A stretch of DNA of 64,000 bases from Candidatus Eremiobacteria bacterium (GTDB lineage: Bacteria; Vulcanimicrobiota; Vulcanimicrobiia; Vulcanimicrobiales; Vulcanimicrobiaceae). A program made the translations under genes and the position numbers. The stretch is taken from contig CAVTRC010000001.1 of assembly GCA_963737065.1 (NCBI GenBank), positions 224,001-288,000 on the forward strand, written 5' to 3'. The notes below the pieces were generated by a model. It was not told the origin of the DNA. It did not search any database and saw nothing but the letters and a program-made list of their open reading frames with translations. Shown here one piece after another: positions 10,447-20,017 of this stretch (positions are counted from its first letter, which is position 1; each line of letters starts with the position of its first letter).

Positions 10447-10728
10447 CTATTTTCGTCGCGGCTGCAGGCGCGCGCGCGAGGCCGTTCCGATCGTCGCCGG
10501 CGTCGCGGCGGGCGCGTTCGCTGCTTCGGTCGCGGGAGCGCCTGCGGCTTCGGCCGCAACGCGGTTCGAGCGCTGGATTTCTTCGTAAATTTCCGAGCGG
10601 TGAACGGGTACTTCGCGGGGCGCCTCGATGCCGAGTTTGACCTGATCGCGGTCAACGGCAACGACGACAATACGAACGTTGTCGCCGATCATGATCGACT
10701 GGTTGATCTTACGGCTCAGAACGAGCAT
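10447..10728 (-). CDS. csrA: Carbon storage regulator CsrA
   Basis: MLVLSRKINQSIMIGD..VKLGIEAPREVPVHRSEIY. Confidence 0.97.
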   Translation of the reverse strand: MLVLSRKINQSIMIGDNVRIVVVAVDRDQVKLGIEAPREVPVHRSEIYEEIQRSNRVAAEAAGAPATEAANAPAATPATIGTASRARLQPRRK

Positions 10729-10814
10729 GGGGGCCGGCCCTCCTTGGCGATTCGCTAGGCCGGGCCTTCTCGCCGGAGGGCGGACACACCCTCTTCTTCC
10801 TTAATTACGCAGGA

Positions 10815-11315
10815 TTATGCGGACTCAGCTTTGACTGAAGGCGGAATCGGTGTGCGCGGAATCGGCTGGCGCACCGAGAAGCCGGAATTCTCCAGCACGA
10901 TCTGACGGCCGGTATGCGTGCGCAGATTGACGACGATCGGCGCGAAGAGATTCATCGTCATCTCTTCGGCGTTATCCGTCACGACGACCACGCAGAGCAT
11001 CGTGAAGTCGGACGCGCCTTCGATGTCGAGAGCGGCGACGGCATAATTTGGAAGCTTCGGATCGTACTCTTCGAACACATAGTACGGATCCATCGTCGGC
11101 AGCGCCACGTTTACGTCATCGAGCGACTGCAACCACACGAACGAATTGTTTTGGTCGACGTTGAGCGCAAGCCAGCGGCGCAGGTTGGGAAACCCCGGGA
11201 TTCCCCACGGAAAACGAATGACGTCGGTTTCAGAGAACGTGCAGATCCCGAAGCGCCGAAACTCCATCGTTTGCGTGTCGGTTACGTTCATATCCGATTC
11301 CATCGAAAGACTCAT
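10815..11315 (-). CDS. fliW: Flagellar assembly factor FliW
   Basis: FPWGIPGF, WLQSLDD, TMNLFAPIVVN and GRQIVL motifs; adjacent to csrA. Confidence 0.95.
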   Translation of the reverse strand: MSLSMESDMNVTDTQTMEFRRFGICTFSETDVIRFPWGIPGFPNLRRWLALNVDQNNSFVWLQSLDDVNVALPTMDPYYVFEEYDPKLPNYAVAALDIEGASDFTMLCVVVVTDNAEEMTMNLFAPIVVNLRTHTGRQIVLENSGFSVRQPIPRTPIPPSVKAESA

Positions 11316-11330
11316 GCGTATACGACGCTC

Positions 11331-12671
11331 CTAGCCGCCGTTGAGGTAGTCGAAGAGGTCGTGTTGTTCGAGCCGCGTCGTCGTCGCATACGCGGCCTGA
11401 AGGACCGTCTGCGTCTGCGAGAATTGCGTCGTCACCTTAGGTATATCGGTATCTTCCAAGCCCGACTGCACGGCCGTATCGTTATTTACTTGTGAACCGG
11501 CCGCGCTTTCCAGCGTTTGCGAACCCTGAATGTCGGAACCGACAATCGCTCGCGCATTGAGCGTCGTGCTGAGGACTTGATCGATGTCGGCCAGTTGCGT
11601 CGAGATGTAGTTCGTGTTCGATGCTTGCGTCGACAAGCCGAACGCCGTCGTAAAATTTGACGGTGATGCAGCGCCTGCTGAGGCGACGTCCGTAATAGTA
11701 AACGGTGCGGGCGGATTCGACGTGCTCGTGAACACGAACTTTTGCGTCTGCGCGTTGAACGACGCGGTAACTCCCATATTTGCGCCGGTAAGCTGCGCGT
11801 TTATTTGCGCAACGGCGCTGGCGACCGTAACAGCCGGTCCCGGCGTAAGCGTGATATCTACGCCGCTCGTATTCACGCCGTTTGCAATATTGATTTCAAC
11901 GTTGCCGCTCGAGTCCGGTTTCAGCGGCGTCGCCATCAGTTGTCCAGCGCCGCTCGCGGTCAGCGCGGAGAGCAGCGTGTTGTTTGTGATCGCCGTTCCG
12001 GGCAGATTCAACGCCGCCTGACTTTCGTCGACGACGGAACCGCTATCAAGCGCGTCGCGCAGGTCGATCAACGCCTGGAAAACGCTCGGCGATCCATCCG
12101 GCGCATTGACGTTAAACGCCTGTTGCAATGTGACGCCCGTCCCAATGCTCGTTCCGTTCGGCGCCTTCTGCGTCTGTTGCACGACGTTGCCCTGCGTCGT
12201 CACACTCGTTATCGGGCTGCCTTGGCCCTGCACGAGTGGGACCGATGCCGGCACGTTGGTTCCCGAGAAGACGTATTTTCCGTTGTACTGCGTATTGGCA
12301 AAGCCGATCACTTCTTGAAGGATTTGATCCACTTGCGTCCCGAGATCGGCGCGCTGCGACGCGTTCATCGTATCGCTCGCGCCTTCAACGGCGAGATTTC
12401 GCGCGCTTTGCAAGGCGTTCGTCAGGTTCGAAAGCGCTCCGTCAACCGTCGTCAACTCATTGGTGAGGTCGCTGTAATTCTTTCCAAGCTGCGTCTGGAC
12501 CGCGTTATCGGCGCGCACGTTGAGGTCTTGGGCGATGACGGTAGGATCGTCGGAGGGAACATTGAGCGACTTTCCGGTCGAGAGTTCCTGCCCCTGGTTC
12601 TGGTATGTCGCGTACAGATCGTCGATTGAAGACGATTGTTCGCTGTAGAGCGACGACGTTGCAATGCGCAT
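11331..12671 (-). CDS. flgL: Hook-associated protein 3 FlgL
   Basis: LSTGKSLNVPSDDP, NTQYNGKYVFSG and C-terminal LFDYL. Confidence 0.93.
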   Translation of the reverse strand: MRIATSSLYSEQSSSIDDLYATYQNQGQELSTGKSLNVPSDDPTVIAQDLNVRADNAVQTQLGKNYSDLTNELTTVDGALSNLTNALQSARNLAVEGASDTMNASQRADLGTQVDQILQEVIGFANTQYNGKYVFSGTNVPASVPLVQGQGSPITSVTTQGNVVQQTQKAPNGTSIGTGVTLQQAFNVNAPDGSPSVFQALIDLRDALDSGSVVDESQAALNLPGTAITNNTLLSALTASGAGQLMATPLKPDSSGNVEINIANGVNTSGVDITLTPGPAVTVASAVAQINAQLTGANMGVTASFNAQTQKFVFTSTSNPPAPFTITDVASAGAASPSNFTTAFGLSTQASNTNYISTQLADIDQVLSTTLNARAIVGSDIQGSQTLESAAGSQVNNDTAVQSGLEDTDIPKVTTQFSQTQTVLQAAYATTTRLEQHDLFDYLNGG

Positions 12672-12683
12672 CGGTTAGCCTCC

Positions 12684-14888
12684 TTACTGTCCGACACCAA
12701 GTCCGTTGATGATCGTATTGAGCAGCGAGTTCAAGGTCGAAATCGTCTTCGCTGCCGCTTGATATGCGTTCTGATACTTGATCAAGTTCTGCGTTTCTTC
12801 ATCGAGGTTGATGCCGTCGATGCTCTGACGCTGCGCATCGATCGTACTGGTCAGATTCGTCTGCGTCGCCGTGCCGGTGATCGCCGTCTGCGTGTCGATC
12901 CCGACCTGCGTGATGATCGAACCGTAGAACTGCTGCAGCGTTTGCGTCTGCGCGCTTTGAATCGTATAGTTCGCCGCGTGATTTCCGGCCGGGGTAAACG
13001 TCACCGACTCAACGCCGGTCGTCGGATCGAACGCAATCGCGCTCACGGTGACCTTTTCGGTCGAATTCGGCGCGGTCGGCGGGCTGTCGATGGTCAGCAC
13101 TTGGCCGACCTGTACGTTCGTAATGCCGGCAGGCAATGCGACCGTCGTCGGCGACCCCGCTGCCGCAGGACTCGCAGACGTGAACGCAAGCGCCGGTACA
13201 CCGACGTTCGACTGGAACATGCTCGTGAGCGCGTTGGCCGCCCCGTTATCGCTTTTCGCGAAGGCGTTCGTCCCTTGCACGACCGCACCGCCCGCCGTCT
13301 GCAGATTCTGCGCGCCGAGCACGCCGAGCAGCGACGCTGCCGGTTGACCGGCCTGCCAATTGGAATCGTCGATCGCGAACGTCGGGGAGGCCGGGCTCCC
13401 GGCCAGCGCTTGCGCGCCGCGAAGCGCGAGGCTCTCGTTCTCCGGATCGCGCGCAAAGACGATTTGCTGCGAGGCGGAATCGAATGATGCGCTCACACCG
13501 AGCTGGGCGGCATTGAAGTTGCTGATGAAATCGTTGATCGAGTCGGCGTTGCCGCCGGCCGCTACATTATAGTTGAACGCCTGTGAAACGCCGTCGACCG
13601 TCACGCTCAGCGTGCCGGTCGTCAATGCGGTGACGGGCGGCGGACCGGGGGATGCAACTTGCGGCGGATTGGCGAGCGAACCGTTTCCGATTAAGGCTTG
13701 CGACGTGTCGACGGTGTTGTTTGCGGAATTCAGCGGCACGACCAACGTACCGGCGCTCGTGTTCGCGAGCGCAACGGGCAACTGATTCGGATTGGTCATT
13801 CCGCACGCGATGTTGCCGGCCGAGATCGGAAGCGACGCCACGATGGGCTGGAAGAGCGCCGTTCCGGCAACGCCATTCTGATCGTAGGCCGACTCGGTTA
13901 TCCGGTTCACTTCGTTTGCGAGCGAACTCGCGAACTGATCGAGCTGCGTGCCGTACGACGCAAGCTTGTTGTTGTAGACGTCCTGCAATGCCGCGAGCTG
14001 GCCGGAGCCAAGCGGAATGCCCGGCGCGTTCGCCGCCGCCGGCGGATTCGTATCGAAATCGAGCTTGAATGCGGGCGCACCGTTCGACGCCTGCCCTACG
14101 ACCGGCGCGGCAAGATGATACACCTTCGTATCGTTCACGAGCGCCTGACCGTTGACCGTGACGAGCGTCGAACCGTCGGTCTGAATCGACGTTTGGGTGC
14201 CGAGATATTGCGAAAGCTGATCGATAAGGTAATCGCGCTGATCCGCAAAGGTATTCGGGCTGTCGCCGACCGCGGTCGACGCGCGAATCTGTCCGTTGAG
14301 CGCAGCAATTTGGTCGAGAATGCCGTTGACCTTCGTGACGAGCGACGCGCCCTGCTGGAGCACCGACTGTTCCTGCGTCGTGATCGCGTTCGATGCACTG
14401 CCGAGCGAACTTGCAAGCGACTGCGCAGCCTGCAAGACGTTTTGCTGCGCGGCCGAGGGATTGCCGCCGCCCTGCTGCGAGACGAGCGCGGCAATTGCGG
14501 ACTGGAAGTTGGCATACTGAGTGCCGATGCCCGAATTCGGATCGCCGAGTTGCGATTGAATGCCCTGCAGCACCGTCTGCTCGGTCGTATAATAGTTCTG
14601 CGACGACGATGCCCCGCGAAACATCGCGTCGTACGCGTTGTCGTGAATGCGCTGGATCTGCGAGATCACCGCACCTTGGCCCACGGTGCCGGGCACGTGC
14701 GTCGCCATGAAAGGCGAACCAACGAGCGGCGTCGCCTCCGTAAGATCGACCTGCTGGCGCGACGCACCGGGCGTGTTTGCGTTCGAAATGTCGTCGCTCG
14801 TTACGTTCTCGGCAACCGAGAACGACTGCAACGACGCCGACATCATGTCGAGCCCGAAGAACGTACTCTGTGGAAAGTAGCTGCTCAT
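12684..14888 (-). CDS. flgK: Hook-associated protein 1 FlgK
   Basis: ISNANTPGASRQ, DQRDYLIDQLS and GINLDEETQNLIKYQNAYQAAAK. Confidence 0.95.
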   Translation of the reverse strand: MSSYFPQSTFFGLDMMSASLQSFSVAENVTSDDISNANTPGASRQQVDLTEATPLVGSPFMATHVPGTVGQGAVISQIQRIHDNAYDAMFRGASSSQNYYTTEQTVLQGIQSQLGDPNSGIGTQYANFQSAIAALVSQQGGGNPSAAQQNVLQAAQSLASSLGSASNAITTQEQSVLQQGASLVTKVNGILDQIAALNGQIRASTAVGDSPNTFADQRDYLIDQLSQYLGTQTSIQTDGSTLVTVNGQALVNDTKVYHLAAPVVGQASNGAPAFKLDFDTNPPAAANAPGIPLGSGQLAALQDVYNNKLASYGTQLDQFASSLANEVNRITESAYDQNGVAGTALFQPIVASLPISAGNIACGMTNPNQLPVALANTSAGTLVVPLNSANNTVDTSQALIGNGSLANPPQVASPGPPPVTALTTGTLSVTVDGVSQAFNYNVAAGGNADSINDFISNFNAAQLGVSASFDSASQQIVFARDPENESLALRGAQALAGSPASPTFAIDDSNWQAGQPAASLLGVLGAQNLQTAGGAVVQGTNAFAKSDNGAANALTSMFQSNVGVPALAFTSASPAAAGSPTTVALPAGITNVQVGQVLTIDSPPTAPNSTEKVTVSAIAFDPTTGVESVTFTPAGNHAANYTIQSAQTQTLQQFYGSIITQVGIDTQTAITGTATQTNLTSTIDAQRQSIDGINLDEETQNLIKYQNAYQAAAKTISTLNSLLNTIINGLGVGQ

Positions 14889-15364
14889 ACTTTACTGCTC
14901 AAGAGCACGCTGTTGGTCGGAGGCGGCACGAATCCGCGGCGCTTATACGTGCCCGGCCCGTCGTTATGCGCCTTTTGGAGCGCGGCAGTCACCTTCATCA
15001 AGCGGTCCATACCGCCGACGATCAGCGACTTATTGTTGTTCGTCGTAATTCCGAGCGCGATCGACGTCGTCGTCAATTCTTGAATGCGCTGACCGAGCAG
15101 CGGCCACATTGGGCGCGGCGCATAGCCGCACACTTGCCGCAGCGACAGCGTTCCGAACCCGCGGACTTGCATTCCGCGCCGTTTTCCCGAGCCGGCTTGA
15201 TAGGCCTGACGCGCCGAATCCAATTCGCGCTCGGCGGTCGAGATGCCGGCGAGATTGTTCGCAACGAGTGCCTGCGTGAGGCGCTGCGCCGCATCGTGCA
15301 CGCGCATCAACAAGCTCGATTCTTCGTGCAGCGCTGCTGCAAACGCGTCCCAGGAATCGGTCAC
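14885..15364 (-). CDS. flgN: Flagellar export chaperone FlgN
   Basis: Helical protein between flgJ and flgK; GTG start overlaps the flgJ stop (GTGA); NNNKSLI..TY tail. Confidence 0.7.
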   Translation of the reverse strand: MTDSWDAFAAALHEESSLLMRVHDAAQRLTQALVANNLAGISTAERELDSARQAYQAGSGKRRGMQVRGFGTLSLRQVCGYAPRPMWPLLGQRIQELTTTSIALGITTNNNKSLIVGGMDRLMKVTAALQKAHNDGPGTYKRRGFVPPPTNSVLLSSKV

Positions 15365-15714
15365 GGTTCCATCCTCCGATCGACATCCACGTGGGCTTCT
15401 TGGTGAGCATCGGATAGAACTTGACCGCGCATCTGCTCTTCGAGCACGCGTCCGATGCCGAGGCCTCCATTTTGCGCAATCGCTTGCGCGCGTTGGTCGT
15501 TGAGCATCGACTGCCACGTCGACTCCGACGCCGACTCCTTGCCGAAAATCGAATTCGTCGGCACCGTCTCTTGCATCGCGTTCATGACCATCTGCATGAA
15601 TACGCCTTCGAACTGTGTCGCGGCTTGGTGGAGCCGCTTGAGCGCCTCTTGCTGCTCCGGCGTCAATGGTTGCGCCTGCGCATTTTTGCCGACGCCGCTG
15701 ATATCGCCCGCCAT
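15361..15714 (-). CDS. flgJ: Single-domain rod-binding protein FlgJ
   Basis: LHQAATQFEGVFMQMVMNAM..GGLGIG; TAATG coupling to flgI; no muramidase domain. Confidence 0.85.
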   Translation of the reverse strand: MAGDISGVGKNAQAQPLTPEQQEALKRLHQAATQFEGVFMQMVMNAMQETVPTNSIFGKESASESTWQSMLNDQRAQAIAQNGGLGIGRVLEEQMRGQVLSDAHQEAHVDVDRRMEP

Positions 15715-16838
15715 TACAGAATCTCCACGTCGGCTTGGAGCGAGCCGGCCGAACGCAGCGCTTGCACGATGGAAATCAGATCGCGCGGCGAGACGCCCAG
15801 CGTGTTGAGCGCGCGCACGACCGATGCGAGCGTCGCAGCGCCCGCGATGAACGTCAGTTGTTTGCCGTGTTGCGTCGCGGAGACTTGCGAGTTCGCTTGA
15901 CGTGCCGTCCGGCCGTTGCTGAACGGCTGCGGTTGCACGACCTGATTGTCGGTCGTGATCGTGATCGTCAGATCGCCGTGCGCGATCGCGCACGGTGCGA
16001 GCTTGATGTCGCCGCCGAAAACGACCGTTCCGGTGCGCTCGTTCATTACGACCTTCGCCGGCTCGTCTTGCTGGAAGGTCAGATCCGAGGCGTCCGCGAG
16101 AAATTGAACGGGATTCCCCATGTAGCCCGGCGGCAGCGTGACATGTACGGTTTCGCCGTCGAGCGCTCGCGCGAAGCGGCCGCCGAACCGACCGTTGAGC
16201 AGCGATGCGAGGTTCGCCGCGGTCTTATAGTCGGGCGTCGTCAGCACGTAATTGAACCCGGTCGGATCGCTCTGCAGCGGCGTGACCATGTCGCGCGCGA
16301 TGACGGCGCCGTTCGGAATCCGTCCCGCGCCGGTGAAATTTGACGCGACGCCCGAGGCGTTCGCGCCCGCGACGAATCCGCCGACCGAGACGGGCCCTTG
16401 CGCCGTTGCGTACACGAGATTGTTTGCCGCTCGCAGCTCCGTGAGGACGAGCGTTCCGCCTTGCAGGCTTGTCGCGTCGCCCATTTCGGAAACCGTCACG
16501 TCGACGTTGTCGCCCGAGTGCGCAAACGGCGGCAGCGTTGCCGTGACGATCACGGCCGCAACGTCGCGCGTGCGCACGCCCTGTTGATTCACCGAGAGTC
16601 CGAAGCTCTGGAGAATGTTCTGGATTGTTTGGCTCGTGAAAATGACCGACGTCGAGTCGCCTGTACCTTGCAGTCCGACAACGACACCGTAGCCCACGAG
16701 TTGGTTACCCGTTACGCCTTGCACTTTCGCGATATCGCGCACGCGAACCGGACGGCTCACGCCTTGCGCGGATACGGGAACGCCCGCCGCTGATACGGCG
16801 AGCATGAAAGCAAAGAGCGCACACAGTAAGTTTCGCAT
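15714..16838 (-). CDS. flgI: Flagellar P-ring protein FlgI
   Basis: NQLVGYGVVVGLQGTGD, VAAVIVTATLPPF and NERTGTVV. Confidence 0.97.
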   Translation of the reverse strand: MRNLLCALFAFMLAVSAAGVPVSAQGVSRPVRVRDIAKVQGVTGNQLVGYGVVVGLQGTGDSTSVIFTSQTIQNILQSFGLSVNQQGVRTRDVAAVIVTATLPPFAHSGDNVDVTVSEMGDATSLQGGTLVLTELRAANNLVYATAQGPVSVGGFVAGANASGVASNFTGAGRIPNGAVIARDMVTPLQSDPTGFNYVLTTPDYKTAANLASLLNGRFGGRFARALDGETVHVTLPPGYMGNPVQFLADASDLTFQQDEPAKVVMNERTGTVVFGGDIKLAPCAIAHGDLTITITTDNQVVQPQPFSNGRTARQANSQVSATQHGKQLTFIAGAATLASVVRALNTLGVSPRDLISIVQALRSAGSLQADVEIL

Positions 16839-17428
16839 CAGAACAACCAACTCAATATCCGTGAAAGCAGCCCTTTAGCTTTGAGATCGTTGCCTTTGAA
16901 TTCAGCGTGCACGTTCGCCACGCGCGACGCGAGCACCGAATCGTCTTGCGCGAGATCTTCGGGACGGATCACACCGGTAATGTGCAGCGTCTGTTTGCGC
17001 CCGTTGATGTTGACGTCCTGATCGCCGGCAATCTCCATCGCGCCACTCGGCAGCACGTTTGTAACGGTCGTCATCATCGTCGAAATAAACGAATCCGCAC
17101 CGCTCGCGCTTTGCGCCGTGGACGTCGTGGACGCACCGCCGATATTCGACGTGTTCTTCAGCAACGCAACCATGAAGTTGCCGGTGCCGCCGCTCAGGGA
17201 CGTGTTGAACTGCTTGTCGCTCGAATAATTGTTCGTGTGTGAGTTCAAGTCGTTGAAGTCGAACTGCACGTAGACCAGGTCACCGATTTGCTGCGCGCGA
17301 TGATCGGGCCCCAAACGGAGCGGATGTCCGGGGGCCGCCGGCGCGGGCGCTGCCTGATAGAGGGTGTCCGCCGTGGCTGTGACGGGCGCCAGGACGAACA
17401 TCGCAATAATCGCAACGGCGCGTCGCAT
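16838..17428 (-). CDS. flgH: Flagellar L-ring protein FlgH
   Basis: VTNVLPSGAMEIAG, ITGVIRPEDL and VLASRVAN; between flgA and flgI. Confidence 0.9.
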   Translation of the reverse strand: MRRAVAIIAMFVLAPVTATADTLYQAAPAPAAPGHPLRLGPDHRAQQIGDLVYVQFDFNDLNSHTNNYSSDKQFNTSLSGGTGNFMVALLKNTSNIGGASTTSTAQSASGADSFISTMMTTVTNVLPSGAMEIAGDQDVNINGRKQTLHITGVIRPEDLAQDDSVLASRVANVHAEFKGNDLKAKGLLSRILSWLF

Positions 17429-17429
17429 G

Positions 17430-18170
17430 CTACAGTGCTCCTCCGGTTATGTCGAGTTCTGCGCGATCGGGACCAACGACCGTTCCCGAAAGCACCTTCT
17501 TCGTTTGCGGGTTCCACAATTGAATCTCGTCGCCGAGTCCGCCGCCCGTGCGCGCGACGACATCGGCCGCAATCGCGACGCCGCCGTCGTGTACGATCAG
17601 CATGACCGTGCTGCCGGGTTTGACGATCTCATTCGTCTGCGTGCTCTCGATCGCAATCGGCTGTCCTTCGCGCGTAGCGCTTACGACTTTGCGCCCGATC
17701 AACGCGTCGACGCCGTTGATCCGCTGACCGTGGAAGGGAACCCGCCGGACCGTTACATCATCCGCCGTGATAACGCATCCCGGCACGAGATCGTGCGCGG
17801 CAACCGCGGTGCGGACGTATTGTTGAATGCGATACCCGACGAAGACTTGACGCAGGAACTTGCCGTCGACGTCGATCGTGACCGGAACGTTGATGTACGA
17901 CGGATTGTACATCGCTGTACCTACCGCGAGCGTCACGGCTCCCGCTGGTACGATTTGATCGGGCACCGGATACGCTTGCACCAGTTCCGCGTCGCCGGTT
18001 AGCTCGACGGACCTCGTCGCAGCATTCGCGAGTTGCTCGAATCGTTTGCCGGACACACGCGTCCCGGGCTGCGCGGAGGCAATCGACGGCACGCATCCCA
18101 AGAATGCGAGCACGACGACGGAAACGGCAGCGGCCCTCGACAACGTCACGGCGGCAGTGCGCATGGTCAC
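17430..18170 (-). CDS. flgA: P-ring formation chaperone FlgA
   Basis: SAF domain (AVAAHDLVPGCVITADDV) and GGLGDEIQLWNPQTKKVLSG. Confidence 0.9.
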   Translation of the reverse strand: MTMRTAAVTLSRAAAVSVVVLAFLGCVPSIASAQPGTRVSGKRFEQLANAATRSVELTGDAELVQAYPVPDQIVPAGAVTLAVGTAMYNPSYINVPVTIDVDGKFLRQVFVGYRIQQYVRTAVAAHDLVPGCVITADDVTVRRVPFHGQRINGVDALIGRKVVSATREGQPIAIESTQTNEIVKPGSTVMLIVHDGGVAIAADVVARTGGGLGDEIQLWNPQTKKVLSGTVVGPDRAELDITGGAL

Positions 18171-18175
18171 CTAGC

Positions 18176-18970
18176 TTATTGGAACGGCGACATCTGGACG
18201 GCGGTCTGCAGCATCTGATCCGATGCGCCGATCGCTTTGGAGTTTGCTTCGTACGCACGCTGCGCCACGATCATGTTGACGATTTCGTTGACGACCTGCA
18301 CGTTCGACGATTCGAGATACCCGGTCTGCAACGCGCCCGCCCCGTTGAGTTCCGGTTGCGAGACGACGGGCGGACCACTCGCAGCGGTTTCGGTATAGTA
18401 ATTGTTGCCGGTGATCGGCGAAAGACCGGCAGGATTGACGAAACGCGCGAGTTGTAGTTGTCCGAGCGTCTGCGGCTGCGCGCTGCCCGGGACTTGCGCC
18501 GTGACCGTTCCGTCCGCACCGATCGTAATGCCGGTTGCGTTTTGCGGAATCGTGATCTGCGGCTGCACGAAGTATCCTTCGGCGGTCACAATCGAACCGT
18601 TGGCGTCTTCCTTGAACGAACCGTCACGCGTATATCCCGTTGTGCCGTCCGGTAACGTGATTTGGAAGAATCCGTCACCTTCGATCGCAACGTCGAGCGG
18701 ATTGCCCGTCTGCTGCAGCGAGCCTTGGGTGAAAATTTTCTCCGAAGAACCGACCTTCACGCCGAGACCGACCTGCTGACCGACCGGAACGATCGACGCG
18801 CCGACGGGTGTTCCCGGCGCTTGAATCTGCTGGTACACGAGGTCTTGAAAGCGCGCAAGGTTTCCCTTGAACCCGGTGGTGTTCACGTTCGCCAAGTTGT
18901 TGGAGATCGTGTCCATATTGTATTGCTGGGCGATCATTCCGCTTGCTGCGCTGTAGAGGGCTCGCATCAT
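18176..18970 (-). CDS. flgG: Distal rod protein FlgG
   Basis: ISNNLANVNTTGFK, GYTRDGSF and LESSNVQVVNEIVNMIVAQRAYEANSK. Confidence 0.97.
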   Translation of the reverse strand: MMRALYSAASGMIAQQYNMDTISNNLANVNTTGFKGNLARFQDLVYQQIQAPGTPVGASIVPVGQQVGLGVKVGSSEKIFTQGSLQQTGNPLDVAIEGDGFFQITLPDGTTGYTRDGSFKEDANGSIVTAEGYFVQPQITIPQNATGITIGADGTVTAQVPGSAQPQTLGQLQLARFVNPAGLSPITGNNYYTETAASGPPVVSQPELNGAGALQTGYLESSNVQVVNEIVNMIVAQRAYEANSKAIGASDQMLQTAVQMSPFQ

Positions 18971-18996
18971 GTCGGTATCGTGCTCCTAGTACCTGG

Positions 18997-19806
18997 TTAT
19001 TGTGCTTTGGCGACTTGAGTGATCGCCGTATTGGTGGCATCGTCTTGCGTCTTGATCGATTTTTCGTTCGCATCGAACCACCGTTCGGCGGTAATGAGAT
19101 CGACCATCGAGCGCACGACGTTGCCGTTGCTCTTCTCCAGAAAGCCTTGTTGAATGCTGTAATTTCCCGCTGGGGCCGGCTGCGCGTTTCCGCTCGGCGC
19201 GTAGGTGTTCGCGCCTTCCGGTCGCAGGTTCAAGAGGCTGTTGAACTGCGTGATCTGCAACTGGCCCGCCGCAACGTTCGCGCTGTTTACGCGCTGCGTC
19301 ACCGTGCCGTCGTTTGCGATGCCGATGTCGCCTTGACCGGCGAGTTGAATCGGCTGACCGTTGGTGCCGAGAACCGCGTCGCCGTCTTGCGTCGTCAAGA
19401 TCCCGGCGGCATTGCGCAGGAATTCGCCGTTGCGCGTGTAGCGGACGCCGTTGGCCGTCTGCACGGTAAAGAATGCGTCATCATTTCCACTGATCGCAAG
19501 ATCGAGCGGATTGCCGGTGGACTGCAAGGCGCCTTGCTGAAAATCGGATGGCGTGTCGCGTACCAGCGCGCCCGTTCCCAGCACGCCGACGTACTGCGCG
19601 ACGGAGACGCCGGGGAGCGGCGTATTCGGCGACTGGCCGGGATCGGTCTGAACGCGGAAGATGTTGAACGACGGCGCGGACTGCACTTGAAGCAGCGTCT
19701 GTTTGAAGCCGCTCGTGTTAACGTTTGCAAGATTGTTCGCGATGTTGTCGACCTGCGCTTGTGCTACAAGCGCACCGCTCGCCGAACTGTAGAGCCCACG
19801 TACCAA
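18997..19806 (-). CDS. flgF: Rod protein FlgF (FlgE/F/G family)
   Basis: IANNLANVNTSGFK, YTRNGEF and QGFLEKSN; TTG start with GGAGG RBS. Confidence 0.88.
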   Translation of the reverse strand: MVRGLYSSASGALVAQAQVDNIANNLANVNTSGFKQTLLQVQSAPSFNIFRVQTDPGQSPNTPLPGVSVAQYVGVLGTGALVRDTPSDFQQGALQSTGNPLDLAISGNDDAFFTVQTANGVRYTRNGEFLRNAAGILTTQDGDAVLGTNGQPIQLAGQGDIGIANDGTVTQRVNSANVAAGQLQITQFNSLLNLRPEGANTYAPSGNAQPAPAGNYSIQQGFLEKSNGNVVRSMVDLITAERWFDANEKSIKTQDDATNTAITQVAKAQ

Positions 19807-19813
19807 AAGAAAA

Positions 19814-19971
19814 ACCTCCGCACGAAACGGTCTGCGTCCTTACCGGACACTACGCGGAACCGTCAATCGATCCGGTTCCGCCGCGGCCCCCACCCTTCGT
19901 GCGCAGGTAGTCCAGCCGCTTGTTCTCACCGCGCTTGCGCGCGGTGCTTTTCGCACAGCATCCTGCTATGC
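19814..19971 (-). promoter_or_regulatory. Structured 5' leader of the flgF operon
   Basis: Two hairpins (19953-19971 with AGGAT loop; 19927-19946 with GCAA loop) plus a multibranch stem (19814-19908) that pairs the GGAGG RBS. Confidence 0.55.
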
Positions 19972-19982
19972 GTTCCTCTTCT

Positions 19983-20010
19983 TCTTCGGCAAGAGGCGTC
20001 GCCGAGTTTA
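19983..20010 (-). promoter_or_regulatory. Sigma28-type promoter for flgF-flgG-flgA...
   Basis: TAAA-N16-GCCGAAGA. Confidence 0.7.
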
Positions 20011-20017
20011 ACGGAGG

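Noticed and set aside
9046..10758. 570-aa plus-strand ORF and similar long antisense ORFs (4226-5632, 5703-6905, 13698-15083, 33338-34789, 48851-49939)
   Set aside because: Shadow frames of well-supported genes; Arg-rich, motif-free and expected at high GC
19807..19982. c-di-GMP-I/II riboswitch call for the flgF leader
   Set aside because: No recognisable GEMM consensus; kept only as an unclassified structured leader
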